From: Octopus sinensis
Taxonomy: Eukaryota
Length of the DNA stretch: 64,000 nucleotides
Direction: 5' to 3'
NCBI RefSeq assembly: GCF_006345805.1
Contig: NC_043021.1
Location: 25,172,001 to 25,236,000 of the forward strand
The first letter of the stretch is position 1. Each line of letters begins with the position of its first letter. Of the stretch, positions 1 to 11,000 are shown in pieces. A model generated the notes under the pieces. The model was given only the letters and a program-made list of their open reading frames with translations, made no database searches and had not been told where the DNA came from. Made by a program: the position numbers and the translations under genes.

Positions 1-20
1 GACAAGTCGAAATACCACAT

Positions 21-520
21 CATGCTCCAATGTCTGCTTTGGCGTGGTTTCTACAGTTGGATGCCCTCCCTAATGCTAACCACTTTACAGAGTGGACTGG
101 GTGCTTCTGTTATGCCATCAGCACTAGTGAGGTTGCAAGATTCAGGTCCCCTTCAACTGGGTGGGGTTACAGTAGAGAAGGAGGAGGTTTTATGCTAAGA
201 GATGAAGGGTGAAAGTATAAGAGAAGTAACCTGGAACAGGTTTGTTGCTGTAGAAATGCCACAAAGGTACTCACATGACAGAGGAGAGGGTGGAGGGGAA
301 CCAGATTGATGCTGGAGAGAGAGAAAGAGAGAGAATAATAGTGATGAGATGCCAGGGTGGAGTCTGAAGGTACAAGAAGGTGAATAGAGGTGAGCAAGGA
401 TGGAACCAATGGCAGTGTGGGTGGGTAGGATGTGCAAGAATGTATAGGGAGGTTGGGGAATGGTTAGAGTTGGAGTAGGGATGAAGGGAGAATATAATAA
501 TGAAAGATAAACAAAGATTA
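21..520 (-). mobile_element. RTE-tail SINE fragment with adjoining purine-rich segment
   Basis: gtttctacagttggatgccctccctaatgctaaccact is the reverse complement of the RTE 3' tail at 6790-6830. The G/A-rich segment resembles 18660-18850 and 59200-59700. Confidence 0.55.
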
Positions 521-638
521 TGTTAGAATTCACAAGACTTTGTCAAACTGCAGTGATTGTGATGGTCTTTGAGGACCAGTAAGTGAACCTCGAACCTATG
601 GTTCCAATTTACCATTCATTTCCTTCCATCTTTTATAG

Positions 639-714
639 GTATTCCTGTTTGGTGCTAGCGTATGGACAAACTGGATCAGGTAAAACACACACAATGGTGG
701 GATCATCAACACAG
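639..714 (+). CDS. KIF12: Kinesin KIF12-like, internal exon (P-loop); upstream exons lie outside the window
   Basis: Acceptor ttttatag, donor gtaggt. Encodes (G)YSCLVLAYGQTGSGKTHTMVGSSTQ with the kinesin GQTGSGKT P-loop. Phase 2 to 0. Confidence 0.92.
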
Positions 715-1960
715 GTAGGTTGTTCTTTGTTTTTTGAGGATTTTTTTAGCACCACACACTCCCTGGGAATTTCTCTTGAAGATAACAATTCCTGTTGGAT
801 TTTTCCTAACATCACCATTATTGCCTTCACTTCTATTGTAAGAACCAACACCAGTTTCAGATAAAAAGCATAACAGAATATCTAAAGAAGAAAAGTCAGT
901 CATGAGTGGGCAAAGGTTAAAGGTCAACCCCCAAAATTTGTTTTTTGTTGGTTGCTGATTCCAGTCAGCTTGTGGGGAATGTTGTTTCAGTATTGTATCT
1001 TACCTCAGGGAGTAGGGATGAAACTGGATCATGGTGGTTTGCATCAGTTGAACTTGCTTCAGTAAGTTTTCTGACATTTGTTATGTTAATAACAAACAAG
1101 TTTTGTGAGTCAAATGTGGCAACCCACAGGGAAAACGTTCAGTTTGGTGCAGAAGATGAAACTCAAAAAGATTTGAGCTTCTGTCTTTCATGTTGGTGTC
1201 CTGCCTTCATCTTTGTTAAACCTTTAGCATTGAAACTGGTCATATCCAACCTAAAATATTCTACCTGTTTTATGTTTAAACCTGCCAGATCCAGCCTCTC
1301 ACACCTAGCCTGCAATGTCATTCTAGAAATAAACAACCACATCATTGAAATCTTGAAGCTACAAGATAATGCACAATAATCAAGGCAAAGCAATGTGAAT
1401 GAATAATGATTACATTTGAAAGAGGAACCTGAATGGTAAATGGTTAAACTTAGACAGAATAACAATAATTCAGTTGGTTTGTTAAAGAAAGCCAGATTCT
1501 ACAGAGTGGAAACACATTATGGAATCAGATTGATTATTGGGTCAGGTAAAACACACACAATATATATGTGTGTATGTGTGTGTGTGTGTGTGTAAATATA
1601 TATCCAGGCCTGAACAGTATATTTGTCATTAGCTCTTGAGTGGTGGTAGCTCAAGACTTCAAGCTTAAGTAGCGTGAGAACTGTATTTGTGTGGGGTAAA
1701 ACAACAATAAATAAAGCAACAGTCCAGTGAGGTAGGTCTGTCTCTGTTGTTTCTCACCATAACTTGGCATAGCTTCAACTCTGTGAGCAAGAAAAGGAAA
1801 AAGAAAGAAAAAAAACCTATAGAAAGAACATAAATAAAAGGTACCCACTTAGACAGCTGCTGCAATAACCAAAGCAAAGGACAGACACACACACACACAC
1901 ATTTTCTGTTTAATGTTTTATGTTTCTAAAATGGATGATTTCCACTCCTTGCTTTTGCAG

Positions 1961-2089
1961 GCTTTTCTAAAAACTGACGTATTTGGTGTTGTTCAAAGAG
2001 CAATTCGTTATTTATTCTCAGTTTTTGAGCAGCAAGTTAATATCGAATACACAGTGAAGGCTTCCCATGCAGAAATTTACAATGAACAG
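1961..2089 (+). CDS. KIF12: KIF12-like motor-domain exon
   Basis: ttttgcag / gtatga. AFLKTDVFGVVQRAIRYLFSVFEQQVNIEYTVKASHAEIYNEQ (G-x-x-QR and EIYNE motifs). Phase 0 to 0. Confidence 0.92.
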
Positions 2090-2502
2090 GTATGAAACAC
2101 TGAAGTTGATAGACATTTCATATTGGTTTGAAGAAACTATGAGAGTCAATTTTCTTGATATGGTAACACACTATCCCACAATGCATCTGCAATGGCTGCT
2201 CCAACATCAAAACTTGAGATATTTGACTGAACTGTCGAAGAAGACATCCATTGGCGTTAATCCCCCTTTTGTTATATTTCTGTTGAAATTCACTGCTTTT
2301 AATTTTGAAAGTAAAGAAAAATTTAATGAAATAACTTTGCCATTATTAATCTAGAATTTGGAATATAAATTAACATGAAACTTTGCTGAAAGATTTTAAT
2401 TTAAGCCCCATACCGGAGTTAGTCTCAGATTGGTTGGCATCAAAGACTAAATCCCCACTTGTCCCTGCACTTGTTTTTCTTGCAGACATCCAATTGCAGT
2501 TA

Positions 2503-3793
2503 CGAGGGGCGTTCAATAAGTAATGCCCCTGACCCACTTGCAGTTGTTTGATCTAGCTGAAATTTTGCATGTGCAATTATTTATATCTCTATAGATTAAG
2601 TGGCAAATTACAGCTCTGAACTAATTGTGGTTTCCGATTTACAGGTGTTTGAACTGAGTCAAGTGTGAAATGGAGCATGTTGAGTGTCGAGCAGTGATCT
2701 GGTTTTTGTATTTGAAAGGACGCACACCACAGGAGACTTTTGATGAAATGAAAGTAACTTATGGTGATGATGCCCCATCATATGACCTTGTAAAACGCTG
2801 GCATCGTGAATTCATACATGGTCGGAACTCTGTGGAAACAGCTCCCAGATCTGGTCGCCCCCTTCTGCCATTGATGAGGCATCTGTCTGTCAAGTTGAGG
2901 CTGCCATTTTGGAAGATCGACGCATAACTATTCGCCAAATAGCCCATGAGGTCAAGATTAGTACCGGGTCTGTGGAAACTATCATTCATGACCATTTGCA
3001 TATGCAAAAGGTGTCTGCCAGATGGATTCCCAGGCTGCTCACACCTTTCCAGAAGCAAGAACGCGTCGATTGCTCGAGGATGAATTTGGAGATGTGCCAA
3101 GAAGATGAGTCAAAATTTTTCAAAAGACTGATTGCATAGGATAAAACCTTGGTCCATCACTATGATCCAGAGACCAAAGCCCAGTCAATGCAGTGGAAGC
3201 ACCGTGACTCACCCCCTCCAAAGAAGGCAAGGGTGCAGCCCTCCGCTGGCAAGGTCATGCTTACAGTCTTCTGGGACCAGGACGGAGTAGTGAAGACAGA
3301 TTTCCTGGCAAAGGGTGCCACAATTACAGGAGTCTATTATGCTTCACTTTTGAGGAAATTAAGAGAAGTTATCAAAATCAAGAGGCGGGGCAACATCAGC
3401 AAAGGCATCCTCCTCCTGCAGGACGACGCTCCGATCCACAACTCGCGTGTCACCAGATCAGAAGCACAGGCATGCGGCTATGAACTCATCCCCATCCCCC
3501 CTACTCTCCTGACCTTGCACCCTCTGATTTTCACCTCTTCCCAGCCATGAAGTTGTTTTTGAAAGGAAATCGTTTCCCAGATGATGCAGCCTTGATTTCT
3601 AAAGTCACGTCGTGGTTGGAGGACCAAGCTGGGGTCTTCTACAAAAACGGTCTTCAGAGTTGCATCAAACGATGGGAGAAATGCGTAACTCTGGGTGGTT
3701 CCTATGTAGAAAAAGACTAATAACTGTCCCAAGTTTCGTTGCTCTACTGCTATGGGAAGTAGGTCAGGGGCATTACTTATTGAACGCCCCTCG
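2503..3793 (+). mobile_element. Full-length mariner (D,D34D) transposon, 1291 bp
   Basis: Perfect 32-bp TIRs cgaggggcgttcaataagtaatgcccctgacc, with TA on both sides (2501-2502 and 3794-3795). Confidence 0.97.
2670..3720 (+). pseudogene. Mariner transposase pseudogene
   Basis: MEHVECRAVIWFL... SARWIPRLL (WVPHEL-like) ... HPPYSPDLAPSDFHLFP ... YVEKD-TAA. Frameshifts near 2860 and 3490 and a TAG at 3137-3139. Confidence 0.95.
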
Positions 3794-4589
3794 TATCCAA
3801 CTGACCAATATTGATCTAAAAAAAAAACATTTGAAAAAAATAAAGCTGCCAGCTTCCATAAAAATAGTGATTTTGAGAGACACATATTTCCAAAGTAAAA
3901 TTTGGAAAGAAGGTTCAAATCAATGTAGGCAACCATTAAGCGTTGTACGGTGTCAGTCACAAGTCATTGCTGCTAAATAACTACAGCTGAGAGAAATCAA
4001 TCAATCAACTGTTCAATACTGAAGAGAAGAAAGAAACTTTAAAATTGTTAATCCTTGACAAAGCACTTTACATTGGAAGCTATTAGATGCCTTGATATCT
4101 TAGTTGTAAATTTGAAACAACACTGACACTGCCAAGGAGTCTGGCCTGGCTTTCACTTATCACTGCTGTGTCATGAAGTATTTCAAAGATTATGCTTTCG
4201 TAATTCAAGAGACAGCTTTAACAACTTGATGAATAAAAGAAACAGTAGAATCTTTAAATTCCTCCTGTGTTAGTAGAAATAATGACTATGTAATATCATC
4301 ATCATCATCGTATAGTCCCATCCATGCTAGCATGGGTGGTACTATACTTGTTGAAAATAATTTTGAATAATCACTTTATCTCTTTAGATCTTCTATAGAA
4401 TTTAGGGCCATCACTGCAAGTTAGGATGTTTCATCTCTGAATACATTGTCTATGTAAACAGTGTGATTGAAGATGGGAAGAAACAGGTGATGGGTGTCTA
4501 TGCATATTTCAGGAGTCCTTGCTCTTTCATCATCAGAAGCACAGCCAACCCGTCAACTCTCCACCAGCACTAAATTCAGCAGAGTAACA

Positions 4590-6933
4590 CTACTGGAGAG
4601 ACCGATTTACATATTAAAGACAGGGATATTTAGCCAAGAGAGAAGCAGAAAAGAGGAGGTTTGCCTATGTTCAGCAACGTGAGGACCAAAGAATCAAAGT
4701 GTTCTCAGTTGCTAGTGTGTGAGAAGAAATTGTGATGTCATAGGAGAGAAATGTGTCCACATGGCTGATGGTGCACTCATATTTAGTGATTCTGCAAAGA
4801 AAGAGACTTGGAGATCCATTATGAAAGACTGCTGAACTTGGAGAATAAATGGGAGGAGGAGAGTCTACCAAATGTTGACCCAATTGAAGGACCAGCTACC
4901 CAAATCAACAGTACCTTGGTAGATAAAGCAATTAAGAATATGAAGACAGGAAAGGCCCACCAGTCCTTCAGGAATCACCACTGAGATGCTTAAAATATCT
5001 TGCAGTGTGGGTTATGGTCTAGTCACCCATATTGTAAATCAGGTGGTTCACAAAGAAGTCATACTCAATGACTGGTGTAGCAGCGCAATGGTCAACTGCT
5101 ACAAAGGTAAAGGTGGTGCATTGGATAGAAATAATTACAGAGGTATCAAATTATTGGATCAGGTGAGGAAAGTCACAGAGAGGGTCATAGCCCAACTAAT
5201 TAGCAAGAGAGTTAGTTTAGATGAGATACAGTTTGGTTTTGTTCCAGGGAGAAGCACCACCAATGTTATATTTCTGGTAAGACAGCTACAGGAGAAATAC
5301 ATAGCCTAAAATAAACCACTGTACTTAGCTTTTACTGACTGGGAGAAAGCTTTTGACAGGGTCTCCCGATCTATTATCTGGTGGTCAATGCAGAAACTAG
5401 GGATAGACGAGTGGCTGGTGAGAGGTGTACAATATGCAGAGACACCACCACTAAGGTGAGGATTGGCAATGAGTACAGTGAAGAATTCAATGTACAAGTA
5501 GGGGTTCACCAAGGAACGGTCCGAAGCCCTCTTTTGTTCATCATAGTCCTCCAGGCAATAACAGAGGAATTTAAGACAGGCTGCTTCTGGGAGCTCCTCT
5601 ATGTTGATGACATTGTTATCGTAGCTGAATCACTACCAGAACTAGAGAAGAAGTTTCAGGTGTGGAAGCAAGGTCTAGAATCGAAGATCCTTAGAGTTAA
5701 CCTAGCAAAAACCAAAGTCTTAGTAAGTAGGAGGCAGACAAATCACAAGTCTCTTCAGGTAGATGGCCCTGCTTGGTCTGTAGAAAAGGTGTAGGTAGTA
5801 ACTCTGTAAAATGCACCTGACAGCAATGTCAAAGGAAGGTTAACAGGAAAATAGCTTTTGTATTTGGTGGATGAACAGGTACAATAAACACCGAAAGTGT
5901 ACAGAAAACAGACTCCATCAACTGCCATGGGAGTAGGCTAGAGGTGGCAGATAGCTTCTGTTACCTAGGTGATCAAGTTAGTAGCAGAGGTGGATGCTCC
6001 GAGAGCATAGCTGTGAGAATAAGATTAGGCCGGGCAAAGTTTAGAGAGCTCTTACCTCTGCTGGAAACAAAGGGCCTCTCTCTCAGAGTGAAAGGCAGAT
6101 TGTATGATGCTTGTGTGCAAACAGCCATGCTACATAGCAGTGAGACATGGGCTGTGACAGCCGAGGACATGTGTAGGCTTGAAGGAAATGAAGCTAGTAT
6201 GCTTTACTGGATATGCAATGTCAGTGTGCATGTTTGACAGAGTGTAAGCATCTTGAGAGAAAAGTTAAACATAAGAGGCATCAGATGTGGTGTGCAAGAG
6301 AGGAGGCTGCACTGGCATGGTCATGTGATGTGTATGGACAAGGACAGCTGCGTAAAGAGGTGCTGATCCCTAACTGTGGAGGGAGCTTGTGGTAGAGGTA
6401 GGCCCAGGAAGACATGGCATGAGGTGGTGAAGCATGATCTTTGAACTTTGGGCCCCACAGAGGCAATGACTAGTGACCGAGACTTTTGGCGATATGCTGT
6501 GCTTGAGAAGACCCATCAAGCCAAGTGAAATTGCAGGTGTGGATGATGTTAGTGTCTCGTAACTGGCACCTGTGCAGGTGACACATGAAAAGCACCTTTC
6601 AAGCATTGAGCCTCATGGAAGCAAAGTGGTTGAGCTCCTTTTGAATGTTGGACCTCACGGAGGCAATGACCAAGACCTTTGGCATTATGTTGTGCTTGAG
6701 AAGAAGACCCATCAAACCAAGTAAAATTGCAATCTTGGCAGATATTGGTGTCATGCAAAAATGGCACCTAAAAGCACCCATTACACTCTCAGAGTGGTTG
6801 GCATTAGGAAGAGCATCCAGCCATAGAAAACCATGCCAAATCAGTCTGGAGTCTGGTGCAGCTTTCCAGCTCACCAGTCATGGTCAAACTGTCCAACCCA
6901 TGCTAGCATGGACAATGGACGTTAAATGATGAT
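4590..6933 (+). mobile_element. 5'-truncated RTE-clade LINE (decayed reverse transcriptase and 3' tail)
   Basis: YKGKG...NYRGIKLL, QFGFVPGRSTT, EKAFDRV, GVHQG..SPLLF, LLYVDD. The 3' end catgctagcatggacaatggacgttaaatgatgat is shared with many SINEs here. An internal 3' duplication lies at about 6460-6530 and 6660-6730. Confidence 0.93.
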
Positions 6934-6947
6934 TGCTGGCATGGACA

Positions 6948-7135
6948 CAGTATTTCATTTTGCAACCCTAATATACTACCAGCTACAATCACAGCTTCAC
7001 AAGTCAATATTGTGCCTCATCTTGTGTTAGCAGTGCAATATTCTCATTTACTGATAACACAAGGTGAAACTCAATATTGACTTGTAAACCTCTAATATAA
7101 TTGGTAGTATATTAGGATTGCAAAACGAAATACTG
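6948..7135. mobile_element. Palindromic (fold-back) MITE, 188 bp
   Basis: Arms 6948-7034 and 7050-7135 are reverse complements (outer 34 bp match 32/34) with a 15-nt loop. Ends CAGT...ACTG followed by TA. Confidence 0.85.
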
Positions 7136-7322
7136 TATCCTTACCAGCAATTAAAATGTTGAATAATGTTAATCTAAAATGTTACAAGAGACTTATGATT
7201 AACTCACTGATTCTGCCATGCCTTGTTAACACACACACATACACTCATACATTCACAATAAATCTATTAAACTTGGTATTACATCTGCACAGTTAAATGA
7301 CTTAATCCTTGTTCTCTTTTAG

Positions 7323-7458
7323 ATTATTGACCTGTTGAATCCCCAACCATGGCGCCATTTAGCTCTCCGCTGGTCTAAGAAGAAGAATTTCTATGTAGAG
7401 AATCTCTTCCAAGTGGAATGTGAATCAGTGAACAAATTGTTGTCAGTCTTGGAGGAAG
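7323..7458 (+). CDS. KIF12: KIF12-like motor-domain exon
   Basis: ctcttttag / gtgagg. IIDLLNPQPWRHLALRWSKKKNFYVENLFQVECESVNKLLSVLEE(G); the LRW...FYVENL pattern is typical of KIF12. Phase 0 to 1. Missed by the ORF track. Confidence 0.92.
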
Positions 7459-7600
7459 GTGAGGACAGGGTGGAGTTTGCAGTCAGTTAATCTGTCAATC
7501 AATTTTCGTCATCATTATCATCATTACCACTGCTGTCATCATCACAATCATTATTATTATCATTGTAGCCTTCATCATCATCATCATTGATATACATTAT

Positions 7601-8210
7601 TACATTCGACGGATATTTGTCCTCATCTTGTTTGTTGTTAACACAACGTTTTGGCTGATATACCCTCCAGCCTTCTTCAGGTGTCTTGAGGAAATTTCAA
7701 ACCTGGGTTCTCATTCCTAAGGTATTTTCGATGTTATTATTATTGTTATTGTTCAAGTCACTGCTTGGAAACGAACTCAGAATCTTAGGGTTAGTAGCCC
7801 GCACTTACGCCATATGCCCATGGGCAATTATGGAGTGAATTTTAGGGCTTATAAATCTAATATTTTCCTACCCTTCCTTAATACCGGTTCCCATATGCTG
7901 CTCATATCTGCACTCGGTCTGCTTAGGAGGTTGCTGTGTCCTAGCATATGCGTTGCTTCTTTTAGTTTTCGTATTTTCCAGTGGTGTTCTCTGTCTATTA
8001 TTTTAACTTCACAGTTGGAGGTGGTCTCTATTTTTCCATACATGATCAGCTTTATGCCCGATTTATCAATATCTCGTCGTGTCACAGCTTTGCAATGTTC
8101 GTCTACCCTTATTTTGAGGGGGTGGCATGTTTCACCTTTGTATAACCTTCACCGACGTTACCTTTATCTTTCATCCTTCTGGAGCCAGTCATGTACTGGC
8201 CAGTCCCTGT
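7601..8210 (-). mobile_element. Penelope-like retroelement 3' fragment (GIY-YIG endonuclease C-terminus and pseudo-LTR)
   Basis: Minus-strand YKGETCHP..IRVDEHCKAVTRRDIDKSGI and KIIDREHHWKIRKLKEATHMLG. Confidence 0.85.
7641..7684 (-). ncRNA. Degenerate minimal type I hammerhead ribozyme in the Penelope pseudo-LTR
   Basis: acac-CUGAAGA-a-ggcug(gagggUauau)cagcc-AAAA-cgu-U-gugu. Stems I and II pair, but G12 is replaced by A. Confidence 0.65.
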
Positions 8211-8217
8211 AGTGGTG

Positions 8218-8500
8218 TGGTGGCTTGAATGCCTCAGTAACCCTGAGAGCTATGCCAACAGAGCACAAGCTCATGGTTGGGTGCCCCCCTGCTGAATCAG
8301 TCAAAGCCACATTAAGAGGAACAACATCTTCCAAGAAGTAAAAATGGGTTTGTGTAGCGTTAACATCCCTACCTAGGAAAAAAGCAAAGTTACAGAAGCA
8401 TCAGTGTCAATTACAAACCAATAAGATCCAAGAGGGGACGGAATCGAGAAAGAGGCGAATAGTTGTTGACGGCCCTCTGTGCAATAAGGAATGAATTACT
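8218..8500 (+). mobile_element. RTE-like 5' head or derived non-autonomous element
   Basis: ggtggcttg..tgcctcagtaaccctgagagctatgcc resembles RTE 5' UTR heads (from memory). No ORF. Confidence 0.4.
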
Positions 8501-8616
8501 TTAAGCAAGTCAAATAGTCAGGTTGATGGCATCAACCAGTCCAACCCCTCACTTCAGAATTGTTGGACTTGTACTTAATATAGAAACTGTTGTTATTTAT
8601 TTTTATTTTCTTACAG

Positions 8617-8775
8617 GGTCGAGGAACCGTCATGTTGGGAGCCATCGTGCCAATGAGCTTTCAAGTCGTAGCCATGCCATTTTCACAATCAGCATTGCAT
8701 CAAAGATACGAGACCCTACTGATTCTAGTCTGTGGTTGACGCGGAAGGGAAAGTTAATCTTCACAGACCTTGCAG
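8617..8775 (+). CDS. KIF12: KIF12-like exon (switch I and start of switch II)
   Basis: ttcttacag / gtaatt. (G)SRNRHVGSHRANELSSRSHAIFTISIASKIRDPTDSSLWLTRKGKLIFTDLA(G), with NxxSSRSH and DLAG. Phase 1 to 1. Confidence 0.95.
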
Positions 8776-9279
8776 GTAATTTAGCCTCTTAATAAAGTTC
8801 TAGGTTTTAAAGCCAAGGCTTTCTATTGGAAAGAGCCTTGGCTTTCGTTAAAATATAGTCTCTTTGGATAAGAAAAAGTAGTTGATGCTTACCTTCATTG
8901 AATAGAAAAGTGATCTTGCTCCATGCACAAATGAAACCCTTCACCCTGAATGGAACCTGATGCCATGACTGTGAAACTTGGCAGGTGAGTTTGGAAGATC
9001 TGAAGAAATTAAAAGACAGGTGAAGGTTGCCTTGGGAACAAGCAGAAAGATGGGACTTGAGAAAATTCTGACTCTAAAAGATCAGATGACACAGAACTGG
9101 TGGTGTTGGTGGTGGTGGTGGTAGTGACAGTGATGGTGGTGGTTGTGGTAATAGTAGAAAGAGAGAAGACTTGTTCTACAACCACTAGTATACTTAATGT
9201 CATAATACAGCAATATAATGATATACTACTGCTATGCTAATATTCTAGTATAATAGTAAATTGTGTTTGTAATTTTCAG

Positions 9280-9363
9280 GAAGTGAGAAAGTAAGAAATT
9301 CCTGCCTGTCTGAAGACATATTAACAGAATCAAACAGTATTAATAAAAGTCTGTTAGTCTTAG
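9280..9363 (+). CDS. KIF12: KIF12-like exon (switch II, helix 4)
   Basis: aattttcag / gtaagt. (G)SEKVRNSCLSEDILTESNSINKSLLVL(G). Phase 1 to 1. Confidence 0.95.
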
Positions 9364-10049
9364 GTAAGTATAGGGAGAGGGCATTCTTGCCTTCTGCTCC
9401 TGGCACTTATTTTAATGTTCTCTATTTATTGAACTGCTAAACGTGTGGTTAAGAAGTTGAAGTGGTTTAGTAACCACTGTGTACCATCTTGTGCAAATGT
9501 CTTCTGCTGGAGCCCCGAATGATCTGATGCATGGTCAAGGAATCTTGTAGATGGTAACTGTACAAAGTAGGTTGTGCACACACACACACACATTTCTGTG
9601 TATGTGTGTCATTGTCGTTGTTTTAATGTCGACCTTCCTATGCTCACATGAGTAGGACAGAATTTATTGAAGCAGATTTTCTAATGCCAGATGTCCTTCC
9701 TGTTGCCAACTTTCACCTGTTTCCGAGAAAAGTGATAGTTTCCTAAGGTCAGACAATTTTTTTTTTATGAAAGACTGGAAACAAACAACATTGCTTCTAT
9801 GATGATGATTCTCATTAACAACCGTTATTTGATGCCAAGATAACACTACACACACACACACACACACACATGGCAGGCGTTTTTCAGTTTCTCTCTACCA
9901 AATCCTCTCACAAGGCTTGGGTTGGCCCAGGGGACTAAACCCAAGCCTACATAGTTGGGAAGCAACCTTCTTAACCACACAACAATGGCTGCACCTGTTT
10001 TCTTTGAAATTAATACTTTTTAATTCCATCTTTTTCTCTTTTTCTCTAG

Positions 10050-10168
10050 GAAAGTGTATTTCCAGTCTGGGTGACCCAAAGAAGAAATATGGACATATAC
10101 CCTATCGAGATAGCAAACTCACCAAGCTACTTTCAGAGAGTTTGAGTGGAGCAGGAGTGGTTTTGCTG
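10050..10168 (+). CDS. KIF12: KIF12-like exon (L12, [10 protein letters not shown])
   Basis: tttctctag / gtaaaa. (G)[39 protein letters not shown]. Phase 1 to 0. Confidence 0.95.
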
Positions 10169-10910
10169 GTAAAAGTCACTAAATTTTTTCTCTGCCTTAA
10201 CCTAAAATTTAAATCTAAACCTAGAACCACAAACTCTTAGTGTCTCATCAGTCAAAGGAGACCTTTGACTGATGAGACACAACTATGTTGAAACACAGGG
10301 TGCCCCAGGGCATCATTGTGCTAATGAATCTAGTGAGTTATGAACCCATTAGATTAATTTCAAAGGACAAGTTGCTCTCCTCTGATGGAACTGCGAATAC
10401 CAGCTTCATGTTTGAATCTATTTGAATATATTAAGAACAAGTTTGAAATTCATTGTTGTATATCTTTAAAAAAAAACCCAGAAAATCCATTTAAGAACAT
10501 GTAAAACTCTGTCAGCAACAATCAACACCAAGAAGTATAAAGAGATGATGTTATATCATTGATCTCTACAAATATTGGTTGAGAAAGAATTCTAATAATA
10601 ATGATGATGATGATGATGACAATGGTGACCACCACCACCTAATTTACTTTGCAGTTGTGGGTTCAGTCTGCATTATGGCTGGTTTTTCTTTCTCTTCTCC
10701 TGGGTCAATGAAATAATTCTTTCTAAATTTGGATTAAAGCCAGTTATTTGGGTGGGGGTGGGGGGTTAAGATGATTCCTTCAACCCCAATATATAACTGG
10801 TATTTATTTTATTAACCCCCAAAAGTATGAAAGGCAAAGTTGACACTCAGTGGTGTTTGAACTCAGAACATAAAGAGCTGGAAGTAATGCCACTAAGCAT
10901 TTTGTCCCAT

Positions 10911-11000
10911 CATCATCGTTTAACGTCCGCTTTCCATGCTGGCATGGGTTGGACGATTTGACTGAGGACTGATGAACCAGATGGCTGCACCAGGCTCCAT
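10911..11000 (-). mobile_element. RTE-tail SINE fragment
   Basis: catcatcatcgtttaacgtccgctttccatgctggcatgggttggacg, the same tail as 22091 and 23271. Confidence 0.85.

Noticed and set aside
6820-11000. Inverted RTE tails flanking motor exons 7323-10168 (498 nt, in-frame circle)
   Set aside because: The arms look only about 75-80% alike by eye, are 4 kb apart, and the circle has no in-frame Met. Too speculative to list as a finding.
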